The notes: a model not told the origin generated them from the letters alone. A DNA stretch of 36,387 nucleotides from Syntrophobacteraceae bacterium (GCA_049512295.1 JBEKXG010000014.1:1-36387), one strand, 5' to 3'. Positions 7,473-17,798 are shown, counted from the stretch's first letter. Made by a program: numbers and translations.

Positions 7473-8504
7473 TTACCGCTTTGAGAGCGGCTTGGCATAA
7501 GACCTGTTCACCGGTTCACCCACTCGCCTGCCTGCGCCTGCGGCCAGCCGCGCGGCCCCGATGAGGGCTGCATCGTTTCCGAGGCGGCTTTGCGTAACAA
7601 CGGCAAGACCGGGGTCGAGCATCGAGCAATTTTGAGCAAGGGCCTTTTCCAGCGGGCCTATGAAAAGGTCCCAGGCCGTGCTGACCCCTCCTCCGATGAC
7701 CGCGCGCCTTATCCCGAGGGCCGAGAAGATGTTTGCCAGACAAATCCCCAGCGCCCGGCCCATCTTATCGAAAAGGGCCAGCGCCGTGGGATCTCCTCTT
7801 TTCGCGCATGCATAGATCGCCTGTGCGCTTAGTTTCCCCTCTGATTCGAGCGCACGGAGCGGGCTCTCCTCATTCTTTTGCTCATGGACGGCTCTTCTTG
7901 CGCCCGATACGAGCGCACGCGCCGATGCAAACGCCTCCAGGCACCCTTCCGACCCGCAGGGGCAAACCGGCCCTCCAGGCTCCACAATCATGTGGCCGAT
8001 CTCCGCCGAAAACCCGAGGTCGTCTCCTTCCCACAGCTTTCCATTGAGGAAGAGGCAGCCTCCCGTACCCGTGCCAAGCGTGATCCCGACCCAGTTTCGA
8101 ACTCCCCTGGCGGCGCCCGTAAAGCTCTCACCCAGGCCGAAGGCGTTTGCGTCGTTTTCCATACAAACGGGGATTCCCAAATTCCGCCGTATATCATGCC
8201 CCAGTGGGTATCCATCGAGCACCGGAAGGTTCGGAGAAAAAATCACCGAACCGCCGGCCCTGTCGATTTTCCCGGCGACCGCAAGCCCGATGGCCCCGAC
8301 CTCCATCCCCAGCTTCGCTGCTGAACGAACGAGCGCCCGGCACTGGGCGAGCAATTTTTTCGAAATCCTTTCCGCCCCCCGGTCAAGCGGCACCTGCGTT
8401 ATCCGCGACTCGATTATTTCCCCGGAACGATCCACCAGGGCCGCCCTGAGGTTGGTCCCACCTAGGTCGACTCCGATACATGCGCTCTTTTCAATATTTT
8501 TCAT
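7473..8504 (-). CDS. ROK-family sugar kinase (glucokinase-like)
   Basis: The start MKNIEKSACIGVDLGGTN is at 8504; the track ORF extends to 8615. The ROK zinc motif CPCGSEGCLE is present. There is no N-terminal HTH, so this is a kinase rather than a repressor. Confidence 0.85.
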   Translation of the reverse strand: MKNIEKSACIGVDLGGTNLRAALVDRSGEIIESRITQVPLDRGAERISKKLLAQCRALVRSAAKLGMEVGAIGLAVAGKIDRAGGSVIFSPNLPVLDGYPLGHDIRRNLGIPVCMENDANAFGLGESFTGAARGVRNWVGITLGTGTGGCLFLNGKLWEGDDLGFSAEIGHMIVEPGGPVCPCGSEGCLEAFASARALVSGARRAVHEQKNEESPLRALESEGKLSAQAIYACAKRGDPTALALFDKMGRALGICLANIFSALGIRRAVIGGGVSTAWDLFIGPLEKALAQNCSMLDPGLAVVTQSRLGNDAALIGAARLAAGAGRRVGEPVNRSYAKPLSKR

Positions 8505-8556
8505 GATCCCGGTATTTATCGCCGGGCGGGCGGTATGCCAGCCCTCATGCTGTTGA

Positions 8557-9186
8557 TTATTTGAACAGGAATGCTTCCGGCACATAAAAGACGTAGCTGT
8601 GTGCAAGAATGTCAAACTGGGAGTTTGTCTCCTGTTCTATGCCGCTCAGGAGGTCCTTTAGAGACGAAGCGTTGCGGATGGTATCCATGAAGACGCCGGG
8701 ATTATAAAGCTCGGGGTGGAGCGGAAGCAAAAAATCGCGGACGTTGCCTTTCCACGCGACGTTGAGCTTTTCGCGTTCCTCGTTTATGATTTTGAAAAAT
8801 CTTCGCACCAGGTCGGTACGCAAAACAGGGGACGGCGCCTTGGTGGCGCACTCCATGAGTCCGGCGAGCCAATAGACGCGGCGCATGCGTTTTTCATCTT
8901 CCCGAAACCTGAAAAGCCACAGGAACGTGTAGTGATAGCCGCCGTCCAGTCTAAGGTGGTTAGGAACCAGCGTTATGGAGGGCCTGTCCGGCGTTGCTTT
9001 GCGGCGCTGGGCTTCCAGCTTTGCGGATTCTTCCCGCATGCACAAAATGGCGCTTCCGGAAAGCCATTCGCCTTTGCGAAACTCGAGCGGAGACGAGGCG
9101 ATCAGGTTGGTTCCAGGTTTAAGCCTGGTGGAAAGATCGATGATATCCGCCATTGTCTTCCCGAACGGGAGCAGCCTAGTTTCCAT
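8557..9186 (-). CDS. Hypothetical protein
   Basis: Long open frame with protein-like composition and no recognised motif. The start is uncertain (9267, 9186 or 9153). The plus-strand ORF 8716..9360 over the same DNA is R/G/P-rich and looks spurious. Confidence 0.5.
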   Translation of the reverse strand: METRLLPFGKTMADIIDLSTRLKPGTNLIASSPLEFRKGEWLSGSAILCMREESAKLEAQRRKATPDRPSITLVPNHLRLDGGYHYTFLWLFRFREDEKRMRRVYWLAGLMECATKAPSPVLRTDLVRRFFKIINEEREKLNVAWKGNVRDFLLPLHPELYNPGVFMDTIRNASSLKDLLSGIEQETNSQFDILAHSYVFYVPEAFLFK

Positions 9187-9356
9187 CCGGAAAGGGTCCT
9201 TTTCCGCCCTGGAGGTGTCAATCTTCGGGCTTCCTTGTGCGCCGTACCCAAGTACGCCTCCGCGCAAGCCTTCGATTTCCTAGCCAGAACGAAAAATCCC
9301 TCCTTTCCGAATCGGAAACTGTTAGTGTTTCAACCGGGGTTTCCGGATGGACGCTG

Positions 9357-10379
9357 CTAGTTTATGAAAACGTTCCTGTAGAAATCCATATGTTCGATCA
9401 CGGTACCGGCGCCTCTGGCCACAGCGGTAAGCGGGTCGTCGGCAATGTTGACTTTGAGCTTGGTGGATTCGGTGAGAAGTTTATCGAGGCCCTTTAAAAG
9501 CGCTCCTCCGCCGGCGAGCCAGAACCCGTTGTCGTGAATGTCGGCGGCCAGGTCCGGCGGGGTTTTCTCAAGCGCGCGCCTCACCGCTTCAACGATTGCC
9601 GCTACAGGTTCCTTTATCGCTTCGCGGATTTCTTCATCACCGACAGTAAATATTTTCGGTATGCCGGACAGAATTTCCTTGCCCGTAATTTCGATCGTTT
9701 CGGGCTTTTCGGGAGCAACGGCCGAACCTATCCTCATCTTCACCGATTCTGCCAGGATCTCGCTTATTATCATCTGCCGCTCGCGCTGGATGTAGCGCAG
9801 GATCGCCTCGTTGGCCTCGTCCCCCGCCACCCGGACCGATTCGCTGTAGGCCACGGCAAACATTGAAATTACCGCCACCTCGGTCGTCCCGCCCCCGATG
9901 TCCACCACCATGCTTCCATAGGGCTGGTCAACGGGAAGGCCGGCTCCGATCGCCGCGGCCATCGGTTCTTCGACCAGATGTATGTACCTGGCCCCGGCTT
10001 GTTCGGCGGCCTCGATTACGGCCCTTTTCTCAACCGATGTGATCCCGGTGGGGACAGCTACGACAAGCCTGGGGCGCAAGAGATGACGCTTGTTCAAAAC
10101 CTTCGACAAAAAATACTTGATCATCACGGCTGTTACTTCGAAATCGGCAATGACGCCGTCTTTGAGCGGACGAATGGTTACGATTCTTTGGCCGTGTCTT
10201 CCGATTATGTTTCTTGCTTCCTGCCCCACCGCTATGACCTGGTGGGTATCCTGGTTTATTGCGACAACCGACGGTTCGTTTAGAACGACCCCTTTACCCC
10301 GCATGTAGATAAGCGTGTTCGCCGTCCCCAGGTCCATCGCCAGGTCTTTTGAAAAATATGACAAAAGCCATCCAAACAT
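9357..10379 (-). CDS. mreB: Rod shape-determining protein MreB
   Basis: DLGTANTLIY, NEPSVVA, VVAVPTGIT.VE.RA, VVDIGGGTTEVAVIS and GGGALLKGLD form the actin-fold ATPase signature of MreB. Confidence 0.95.
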   Translation of the reverse strand: MFGWLLSYFSKDLAMDLGTANTLIYMRGKGVVLNEPSVVAINQDTHQVIAVGQEARNIIGRHGQRIVTIRPLKDGVIADFEVTAVMIKYFLSKVLNKRHLLRPRLVVAVPTGITSVEKRAVIEAAEQAGARYIHLVEEPMAAAIGAGLPVDQPYGSMVVDIGGGTTEVAVISMFAVAYSESVRVAGDEANEAILRYIQRERQMIISEILAESVKMRIGSAVAPEKPETIEITGKEILSGIPKIFTVGDEEIREAIKEPVAAIVEAVRRALEKTPPDLAADIHDNGFWLAGGGALLKGLDKLLTESTKLKVNIADDPLTAVARGAGTVIEHMDFYRNVFIN

Positions 10380-10446
10380 ATATGACCCTTCTATTTTGCC
10401 TGTTATTGCGCATAGTCTATAGATAATGAATCAGCCGGTCAACTGT

Positions 10447-11892
10447 TTATGAGGCCGTTTTTTCAGCTTTTACACCAAAGGCTGAAAACAGCCGCTGGTT
10501 GACAAGGGGCCAGAGGTCCTCCATTTTTGCCGCGTCCTGTGGAAAACCGGCCGAAGAGATGTAGGGGTGGAGTTTGACACCCTTGACTCCTTTGAGCGCG
10601 ATCTTTCCAAAGCGGGTAAGCTCGGCAAGCAGGCTTTCGGCCTCCTGCACCGTCGTTTCGGCAAACAAAACGCCAAAGCGGTTCTGGGTAAGCTGCCCGA
10701 CCAGGACCCCGGGAGGCAGCGCATCGCAAAGAGACGATGCGAGTTCGCGCTGCAACTGACGGATTCTTTTGGGCAGGACTTTCGTGGTAAGTATCTGCCA
10801 GGGTTCGAATTGAATTAGCCCGAGAGCAAATGGAGCGTTTGACTGCATGGAGGCGTGAAAGAGGCCTTCGACTCTTGATTCAAAAGCCGGGGCGTTGAAC
10901 AGCCCCGTACAGATGTCGTATGAGTGGAGCGCCTCGTTTTCTTCCTTGTAATAGATCTGCTCGAGCAGGAGCTGAAGAAAATGAAACGCGTGCCCTACGG
11001 CGCGCTCGGAATCGGAGTTCCAGTCGATCACCTGCCGCGACAGGAAAACGAGGGCAAGTTCATATCCCAGCGAAGTCTGGCCGGGCATTCCCCAGAGCGT
11101 GCCCTGATGGGGAAGGTTTTCGCCGGACGAAAAAAGGTAATGGTCCGATGTGTCGGGATTGAGACGGATGATGAGCAGATTTTTCTGGTTTTGCAGGACC
11201 CAGCCGATCAGTCCCTGCTTTGTCGGGAAAGTCTGATTGACCAGGCCTCGCGGAGTATTTGCCGTGCAGCCCAGGATGCGGAAACTTTTCGTCCCGGGTT
11301 CCTTGAGGGCCAGAAAGCCGAAGTCCGTGCCAAGAAATTGCGACCACCTGGTAACGAACAGCTCGCAGTAGCTTTCAAGAGCGTAGCCCTTGAAAGCGAC
11401 TTCGTCGAGCCCGTGCAAAATATCGAATACCTTGGCGTAGTTTTCCTGCCGCCTTGTTTCTTCACGGTTTTTCAAAAGTCCCCCGAGTAGCTCGGCAAAC
11501 TCCTTTATCCATTTTTGCTGCTTGTCGTTAAACCCCCAGCCATATTTTGTATCGACGTAGAGAATCCCCGCTCCGCCCGCAACCGGGACAGCAAAGAGCC
11601 CTTTTATGTGGGATTCGCCCTCCCGGTAGAAAGGAAGGGTAAGGGATATCGATGAGGTCGCCTCATGGAGCTTATCGAGGTGTATGGTTTGCCCCACTTT
11701 TTGTACCTGGGAAAGTATGCCGCTTCCTTCCAGGGGAAGTGAAATCTCGGAGGGAATGAATTTGCTGAGGCTCTGAACGGCGGCAAGGTTCAACTGACGG
11801 TTTCTTTCATCGTAAACAAAAAAACCTGTGGTATAAGCTTCGAGGATGTTGGACAGAAGGCTTACCAGTGGCTGGTAGGGATTGGAATCCAT
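10447..11892 (-). CDS. GAF-like sensor protein with a degenerate GGDEF domain
   Basis: The C-terminus has GGDEF-domain motif order (YDICTGLFNAPAFESRV; FALGLIQFEPW; VLVGQLTQNRFGVLF), but TQNRF replaces GG(D/E)EF. The N-terminal two thirds are GAF-like by pattern only. Confidence 0.6.
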   Translation of the reverse strand: MDSNPYQPLVSLLSNILEAYTTGFFVYDERNRQLNLAAVQSLSKFIPSEISLPLEGSGILSQVQKVGQTIHLDKLHEATSSISLTLPFYREGESHIKGLFAVPVAGGAGILYVDTKYGWGFNDKQQKWIKEFAELLGGLLKNREETRRQENYAKVFDILHGLDEVAFKGYALESYCELFVTRWSQFLGTDFGFLALKEPGTKSFRILGCTANTPRGLVNQTFPTKQGLIGWVLQNQKNLLIIRLNPDTSDHYLFSSGENLPHQGTLWGMPGQTSLGYELALVFLSRQVIDWNSDSERAVGHAFHFLQLLLEQIYYKEENEALHSYDICTGLFNAPAFESRVEGLFHASMQSNAPFALGLIQFEPWQILTTKVLPKRIRQLQRELASSLCDALPPGVLVGQLTQNRFGVLFAETTVQEAESLLAELTRFGKIALKGVKGVKLHPYISSAGFPQDAAKMEDLWPLVNQRLFSAFGVKAEKTAS

Positions 11893-12069
11893 GGGTCTGC
11901 TCGATTCTACGCGTTACCTGTGCGGTAGACGTTTACGCTGTCACAACAAAATCCCTGGTCCTGTTTTTGCCTTGAGATTTTCCTGTATGATACAATAGTG
12001 TCTTAAGGTGTATTTGTAGTACTGGAATGGGGCTTTTCTGTCAATAGGCTTGAGTCCCTGGAGAAACTG

Positions 12070-13881
12070 GTGGGTAAAATAGTGATTTTACCGGATATTT
12101 TGTGCAACCAGATCGCTGCGGGCGAGGTCGTCGAACGGCCTGCGGCGGTGGTGAAAGAGCTGATCGAAAACAGCATAGACGCTCGGAGCGCCAGGATTTC
12201 GGTTGGCCTGCTCGACGGCGGGCGCCGGGAAATCCGCGTAGTGGACAACGGGTGCGCCATGAGCCCCGAGGATGCGCTCATGTCGCTCGAACGGCATGCC
12301 ACAAGCAAGATCAGGTCTGCCCAAGACTTGAGTTCCATATCTTCGCTCGGATTTCGCGGAGAGGCCATTCCGGCGATTGCGGCTGTAAGCCGCTTTGAGC
12401 TGAGCACTCGAGAACATGAGGCCCTTTGCGGGACATCTATAAGAGTTGAAGGAGGCGTAATAAAAGACGTTCGCGAAAAGGGGTGTCCTCCCGGAACTCA
12501 GGTGCTGGTGCGCGACCTTTTCTACTGCGTTCCGGCAAGGCGCAAGTTCCTGCGGACCGCTGAAACAGAACTTGCTTACATAACCGACCAGTTTCTGCGC
12601 ATTTCACTGGCAAACCCTCAGATCCACATGCAGTTGTCAAGCCAGGAAAAGTTGGTGTGCGACCACTTGAAGTGCGACGGTCTTCTCCCGAGGGCCTCGC
12701 AGGTGCTTGGACCCGAGATTGCAAGGTCGCTTACATCGATCGATTTTGAAAAAAGCGGCGTAAGCGTTTCGGGTTTCCTTGCGCCTCCCGACATCCAGAG
12801 AACGAACAGCCAGAGTCTTTTTCTTTATGTAAACGGAAGAGCCGTCTGGGACAGGCTTCTTCAGAGGGCCGTTTTAACAGCCTATGAGGCCCTCATTCCG
12901 CGCGGAAAATTTCCGGTCGCCGCACTCTTTGTGGGGATTTCGCCGGCGCTGGTGGACGTAAACGTGCATCCCACAAAAAGAGAAATCCGGTTTAGAAACC
13001 CCGGCGAAGCAATATCGATTCTGCGGGATGCCCTCTTTGAGGCCCTTTCGGCGCTTCGCCCTAAGTCGTACGGATTTGCGCGGCAGGAAGGCGGATTTTT
13101 CGAAAAAAGGCAGTCGGCCCCTTATGGCGGGATGGCACGTGAAGGCCAGGCGCCTTTAGGTTCCGCAAGCCGGCCTCAGGATACAGAATACCGTGCGCAG
13201 CGTGGATATACTGGATACCCGGTATCCGGAAGCGCACCGCCCGATCAACGCGTCTTGCCGGAAAAGCCGGCCTGCGCGCCGCTCGAAGCTGAGCACGATG
13301 CGGAGGAAGTTGCTTACTCCAGCCTTAATCTCATCGGGCAGCTCGCAAACTCGTTCATCCTTCTTGAAGCCCCCGACGGCCTTGTTCTCATAGACCAGCA
13401 CGCAGCCCATGAAAGGATCGTCTTCAACAGCCTGAGCAAAAAGAAGACAAAGGCCGCACAGCTCCTCACCCGGCCCTCAGTCGTGGACCTTTTGCCAAAG
13501 GAGGCCGTGCTGCTGAAAAGCCTCATCCCTTCTTTACGCGATATCGGATTTGAAATCGAGCCTTTCGGAGGAAGCAGTTTCGCGATCCATGCAGTCCCGG
13601 CGACTCTATCGGAGTTTAAACCCGAAGAAATACTGCGCGACTACCTCCGGCACGCCGAAGAGGAGTGTCCGGCAAATGAAGGCGAAATCCTCATGGGTCT
13701 TGCCAGGGTCGCGTCTTGCCACGGGTCTGTGCGGGCCAGGCACAGGCTTAAGACAGATGAAATAAAGGGCCTGCTTGCATTGCTCGATTCGGCTGATGCT
13801 CCCTTTACATGCCCTCACGGCCGCCCACTTTCATACAAGCTGACTTATGAGCAGATTTTCCGATTCTTCAAAAGGAGCTGA
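12070..13881 (+). CDS. mutL: DNA mismatch repair protein MutL
   Basis: The GTG start has GGAG 6 nt upstream. NQIAAGEVVERPAAVVKELIENSIDA, LGFRGEA, VNVHPTK.E.RF and C-terminal QHAAHERI...CPHGRP are all present. Confidence 0.95.
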   Translation: MGKIVILPDILCNQIAAGEVVERPAAVVKELIENSIDARSARISVGLLDGGRREIRVVDNGCAMSPEDALMSLERHATSKIRSAQDLSSISSLGFRGEAIPAIAAVSRFELSTREHEALCGTSIRVEGGVIKDVREKGCPPGTQVLVRDLFYCVPARRKFLRTAETELAYITDQFLRISLANPQIHMQLSSQEKLVCDHLKCDGLLPRASQVLGPEIARSLTSIDFEKSGVSVSGFLAPPDIQRTNSQSLFLYVNGRAVWDRLLQRAVLTAYEALIPRGKFPVAALFVGISPALVDVNVHPTKREIRFRNPGEAISILRDALFEALSALRPKSYGFARQEGGFFEKRQSAPYGGMAREGQAPLGSASRPQDTEYRAQRGYTGYPVSGSAPPDQRVLPEKPACAPLEAEHDAEEVAYSSLNLIGQLANSFILLEAPDGLVLIDQHAAHERIVFNSLSKKKTKAAQLLTRPSVVDLLPKEAVLLKSLIPSLRDIGFEIEPFGGSSFAIHAVPATLSEFKPEEILRDYLRHAEEECPANEGEILMGLARVASCHGSVRARHRLKTDEIKGLLALLDSADAPFTCPHGRPLSYKLTYEQIFRFFKRS

Positions 13882-14806
13882 TGAGGGGCGCGCCACCCCG
13901 GTGGTCCTCCTGGCCGGGCCGACCGCATCGGGAAAGACTTCGCTGTCGATCGAACTGTCCACACGGCTTTCAGCCGAGATAGTGAACGCCGATTCAATGC
14001 AGGTTTACCGGCACATGGAGATCGGGACTGCAAAACCAACCCTGGAGCAACGGCGGACGGTTCCACACCACCTCATAGACATAGTCGACCCCGATGAGCC
14101 GTTCGATGCGGCAAGATACCTCCACCTTGCCCGTGCGGCGATCGAAGATATAAAGAAGCGCGGCAGAGTCCCTCTGGTGGTGGGAGGCACCGGCCTCTAC
14201 ATGAGAGTTCTAACCCGCGGCCTCTGTCCGGGACCTTCCTCGGACCCGGAACTGAAGAACAAACTCGTTGCAGATGAGAAGTCTAAAGGCCTCGGTCAGC
14301 TCTATTGCGATCTTGTGCGGATCGATCCCGAATCGGCGGCAAGAATCCACCCGAACGACCGGCAGAGAATTCTTCGTGCGCTTGAGGTTTTTAGCCTTAC
14401 AGGCGTTGCTTTGTCCGCTTTACAGAGGGGCCACGGTTTCAGGGAGCAGCTTTTTCCCGCGATCAAGGTCTTTATCAACCGGGAGCGCGGGGAACTCTAC
14501 GAACGGATAAACCGGCGGGTCGACTCGATGCTCGAAGCAGGCTTCAAAGACGAGGTCGAAAGGCTCCTCGCCATGGGCTACGCAACGCAGCTCAAATCGA
14601 TGCAGTCGCTCGGATACAGGCAGATGGCCGCTCACCTTGCGGGCGCCGTTTCATTCGATGAGGCGGCCTATCAAATAAAGCGGGAAACGCGCCGCTACGC
14701 CAAGCGGCAGATCACCTGGTTCCGCGGCGACCATGAGTTTCGATCTTTCGACGCCGGCGATACCGAGGGGATATACCACTATATCCGGCAAGGAACTGAG
14801 GATTGA
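13847..14806 (+). CDS. miaA: tRNA dimethylallyltransferase MiaA
   Basis: LLAGPTASGKTSLSIELS, EIVNADSMQVYR.M.IGTAKPT, VPHHLID and VGGTGLY are present. The start is ambiguous: ATG 13847 overlaps mutL by 35 nt, and in-frame GTG 13901 is the alternative. Confidence 0.92.
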   Translation: MSRFSDSSKGADEGRATPVVLLAGPTASGKTSLSIELSTRLSAEIVNADSMQVYRHMEIGTAKPTLEQRRTVPHHLIDIVDPDEPFDAARYLHLARAAIEDIKKRGRVPLVVGGTGLYMRVLTRGLCPGPSSDPELKNKLVADEKSKGLGQLYCDLVRIDPESAARIHPNDRQRILRALEVFSLTGVALSALQRGHGFREQLFPAIKVFINRERGELYERINRRVDSMLEAGFKDEVERLLAMGYATQLKSMQSLGYRQMAAHLAGAVSFDEAAYQIKRETRRYAKRQITWFRGDHEFRSFDAGDTEGIYHYIRQGTED

Positions 14807-14849
14807 GGGATTTTGGTTTTTAACCGTTCACTGTTCGCTGCTCACTGTC

Positions 14850-15578
14850 ATGATTGACGGACATGCTCACCTCAATGAAATAAATGATATCGACGCCGCA
14901 ATTTCGCGGGCCGCCTCCGCCGGAGTTTACGCAATAATAGGGGTCGGTATGGATATCGAGTCGAATCGGGCAACACTGGATATCGCCGGCAGGTTCCCCG
15001 GGATCGTTTATCCGGCGGTTGGATACCACCCATGGTCGATAGTTCCCGATGAAATCGAACGAAACCTTGCCTTTGTAGAAGAGAGGCTCCCATTTTGCGT
15101 GGCCCTTGGCGAGGTCGGCATCGACTACAAGACCAAGATAAAAAAACAGGTCCAGTGGGAAGTCTACGAACGGCTCCTCTCGATGGCAAAAACCGCAGAT
15201 AAGCCGGTCATAATACACTCACGGTTCTCATATTCCCGCACATTCGAGATGACCGCATCGGCCGGAATCGAACGGGCAGTCTTCCACTGGTTCACCGGTG
15301 AAAAAGAGGTCCTGACCGGACTGCTCGATTCCGGATACTTCATCTCCGTAACCCCGGCGCTTGCCTACAGCCCTTTTCACCGTGATGCGGCGGCGTTTGC
15401 CCCTCTTGAGCGCATCATGGTTGAAACCGACGCGCCGGTCGAATACCAGGGCAAAATATCGGAGCCAGCCGATTTGATCCTTGCCCTCCGGGAGCTTGCA
15501 CGGATCAAAGGCATTTCGGTTGAGGAGGCCGCAGGGATTACGGAGCTGAACACGCGTTCCTTTTATCGGCTGGGATAG
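14850..15578 (+). CDS. tatD: TatD-family metal-dependent hydrolase
   Basis: The start MIDGHAHL is at 14850; the track ORF starts at 14733. HAH, GEVGIDY, IHSR, HWFTG and ETDAP are the conserved metal-ligand motifs. Confidence 0.85.
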   Translation: MIDGHAHLNEINDIDAAISRAASAGVYAIIGVGMDIESNRATLDIAGRFPGIVYPAVGYHPWSIVPDEIERNLAFVEERLPFCVALGEVGIDYKTKIKKQVQWEVYERLLSMAKTADKPVIIHSRFSYSRTFEMTASAGIERAVFHWFTGEKEVLTGLLDSGYFISVTPALAYSPFHRDAAAFAPLERIMVETDAPVEYQGKISEPADLILALRELARIKGISVEEAAGITELNTRSFYRLG

Positions 15579-15601
15579 CCGGAAGCCGCTTACCCCTGTA
15601 G

Positions 15602-16063
15602 TCAGGTTGCTTCCCGTTGCTTTTCCAAAAAAATCAAAATTAAACGATCGTCCGCCTTTTCCCGCTTATATTCCCGGTATCCGAGCTTTTCGTACAAATA
15701 TAGATTCCGCGCGCTGCGATGGCCCGTAAACAGTTCGAACCTTTTTACCATATTATTATGACTTTCAATGTAGGCCAGGAGCGCATGACCAATCCCCTGA
15801 TTCTGATGCGCCGGATGCACTATCAGCTTCCCCGCGTAACACGTGTCGCCCTTCACCAGGGTTCGCACGGAACCCACCAGATCATTTCCCTGCATAACCT
15901 TGAAAACATTATGGGATTGAAACTCGCCCTTGAGGTCTTCCAGCGTCTGCAGCAACGGTTGTATCGAAAAATCATTGTAAATTTCGGCCTCGCTTCGATA
16001 CGCCAACTTTTGCAGCGCCAGGATCCGGGGAGCGTCTTCGATCATGGCCCGTTCGATTTCCAT
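15602..16063 (-). CDS. GNAT-family N-acetyltransferase
   Basis: It has the acetyl-CoA binding pattern LIVHPAHQNQGIGHALL and ...NLYLYEKLGY. The 153-aa size is typical. Confidence 0.8.
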   Translation of the reverse strand: MEIERAMIEDAPRILALQKLAYRSEAEIYNDFSIQPLLQTLEDLKGEFQSHNVFKVMQGNDLVGSVRTLVKGDTCYAGKLIVHPAHQNQGIGHALLAYIESHNNMVKRFELFTGHRSARNLYLYEKLGYREYKREKADDRLILIFLEKQREAT

Positions 16064-16196
16064 GATTTTTCAACTCCGGATGTCGTCAACCATATCTCCA
16101 GTTTTCCCATTATGCGCTATTATTATTGTGGTAAGCAGATTAATTTAGTAATCGCTGGTTCGAAAATTAAATTTTGGGAAGAGGTTGAGGGCCCAG

Positions 16197-17322
16197 ATGA
16201 ATGAGGACAATGAAAAAGAAGATGAAATAGTGGAAGAGGAAAGCTTCGCCGAACTTTTACAGGAGAGTTTTGTGAAGCCTCTCCGGTTCAATCCGGGGCA
16301 GAAGGTGAAGGCGCGGGTCGTCAAGATTTCGGCGGAGTGGATCTTCATAGATTTGGGTGGAAAGAGCGAAGGCTATCTCGACGGGAAGGAATTTCTGGAT
16401 GAGGAAGGCAACCTTTCGGTAAAGGAAGGTGACGTCGTTGATGCTTATTTGCTGTCGGCGGACAGCAATGAGCTGCGTTTTACCACCCGGATCACCGGTG
16501 GCGAGGCCGGACGATACTACCTGGAAGATGCGTGGCAAAACGGAATACCCGTGGAAGGTCTTGTTGAAACGGGAGGGAAACCCAAAAGACATCCTGGGCC
16601 GCCATCTTGCTTTCCGAATCACTCAATACGATGAGAAAGGGCGAAACATCGTTCTGTCTAATAGATCGGTGCTGGAAGAAGAGCGTCAAAAGCAGAGGGA
16701 GGAGCAAAAAGGCCTTTTACGGGAAGGGGCCAGGGTTACCGGAACGATCAGCTCCATCCATAGTTTTGGCGCTTTCCTTAAAATCGGCAGCCTGGAGGGG
16801 CTTATCCCCGTCTCGGAAATCGGTTGGGACCGGGTGGAGGAAATCAACGAAGTGCTGAGAGTCGGCCAGGAAATTGAAGTGATGGTTATGAAACTGGATT
16901 GGGAGAAGGAGCGTCTGTCTTTCAGTTTAAAACGAGCCTTGCCGGACCCCTGGGAGAACATAGAGAAGGATTTTCCTCAAGGATCGCGCCACAGCGGCGC
17001 CGTGGTCCGATTGACGAATTTTGGCGCCTTCGTCTCGCTTGCCGCTGGAGTGGACGGTCTTCTTCACATTTCCAGACTCGGGGCGGGCAAAAGGATCAAG
17101 CATCCGCACGAGGTCCTGACAAAGGGCCAGGTTGTTGAAGTAAAGGTCGATAATGTTGACAGGGACAATAAACGCATCTCACTGTCATTGGCAGGAGGTG
17201 AACAGGCGGAAGATCAGAAAGAAGGTGATGGAGACTATTCGCCATATTTAAAGGAAAATCGCCCTATGGGAACCCTGGCAGACCTTTTGAGAACAAAACT
17301 CCAGGAGAAGACAAAAAAATAG
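16197..17322 (+). pseudogene. S1 RNA-binding-domain protein (multi-S1, RpsA-like), reading frame broken near 16571-16590
   Basis: ATG 16197 has GAGG 6 nt upstream. S1 domain 1 and the start of domain 2 (GIPVEGLVE) are in frame 0, which stops at 16634. The rest (LAFRITQYDEKGRNIVLSNRSVLEEE plus two more S1 domains) is in frame +1 with no independent start. Confidence 0.75.
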
Positions 17323-17594
17323 AAAGTCTGCCTGCAAAGCTCCTATACGGAGTTGCATTCAAAATGGATCACAAGGCGGCGAGAAGAAGGCGACGGAGGC
17401 GTACACCATGGTACGTCGATGGGCCGCCCTCAGAAAAGATCGGGCGCGGACTGGACGCATTGCCTGAAACTCCTGCGTGTAGCGGAGACCCGCAACGAAG
17501 TGAGGGTCCGACGACGAAGCCGGCACCGTGAGCGTTTGAATGCGAGTTCGTATCAACCACCGTTTCGCCTGTGCCCCGAGGAGGCAGGAGCATA

Positions 17595-17798
17595 ATGAAC
17601 GGCCAACTGCGCAGTGACATTCGACCCGGCAACCGCGTTGCAATTATCTTGAAAAAGGACCAACGAAGCGGGAAACGAACCGTCGGGGTTGTCAAAGATA
17701 TCCTTACCTCTTCAGCCTCCCATTCTCGTGGGATCAAAGTGCGGCTGGAGGACGGGCAGGTCGGGCGGGTGCAGGAAGTCCTTTCAGATGAGCAATGA
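17595..17798 (+). CDS. ywbE: YwbE-family small protein (DUF2196)
   Basis: MNGQLRSDIRPGNRVAIILKKDQRSGKRTVGVVKDILTSSASHSRGIKVRLEDGQVGRVQEV matches the YwbE pattern (KxDQRTG...G.V.DILT.S..H..GIKVRL..G.VGRV). AGGAGGCAGGAG lies upstream of ATG 17595. Confidence 0.75.
   Translation: MNGQLRSDIRPGNRVAIILKKDQRSGKRTVGVVKDILTSSASHSRGIKVRLEDGQVGRVQEVLSDEQ

Noticed and set aside
13881-13883. ATG overlapping the mutL stop (TGATG) with AAGGAG just upstream, considered as the miaA start.
   Set aside because: It is out of frame with miaA and terminates after about 33 codons. The RBS spacer would be only 3 nt.
17323-17594. Structured leader or riboswitch upstream of ywbE (GGGCGCGGACUGGACG resembles the ZTP motif start). 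A 55-codon Arg-rich ORF from 17364 (MDHKAARRRRRRRTPW...) was also noticed.
   Set aside because: The ZTP core, P1 closing strand and 3' CCGCCUGGGC pseudoknot partner are not present, and the gene context is wrong for ZTP. The small ORF uses rare Arg codons, has a distant RBS and no recognisable family.
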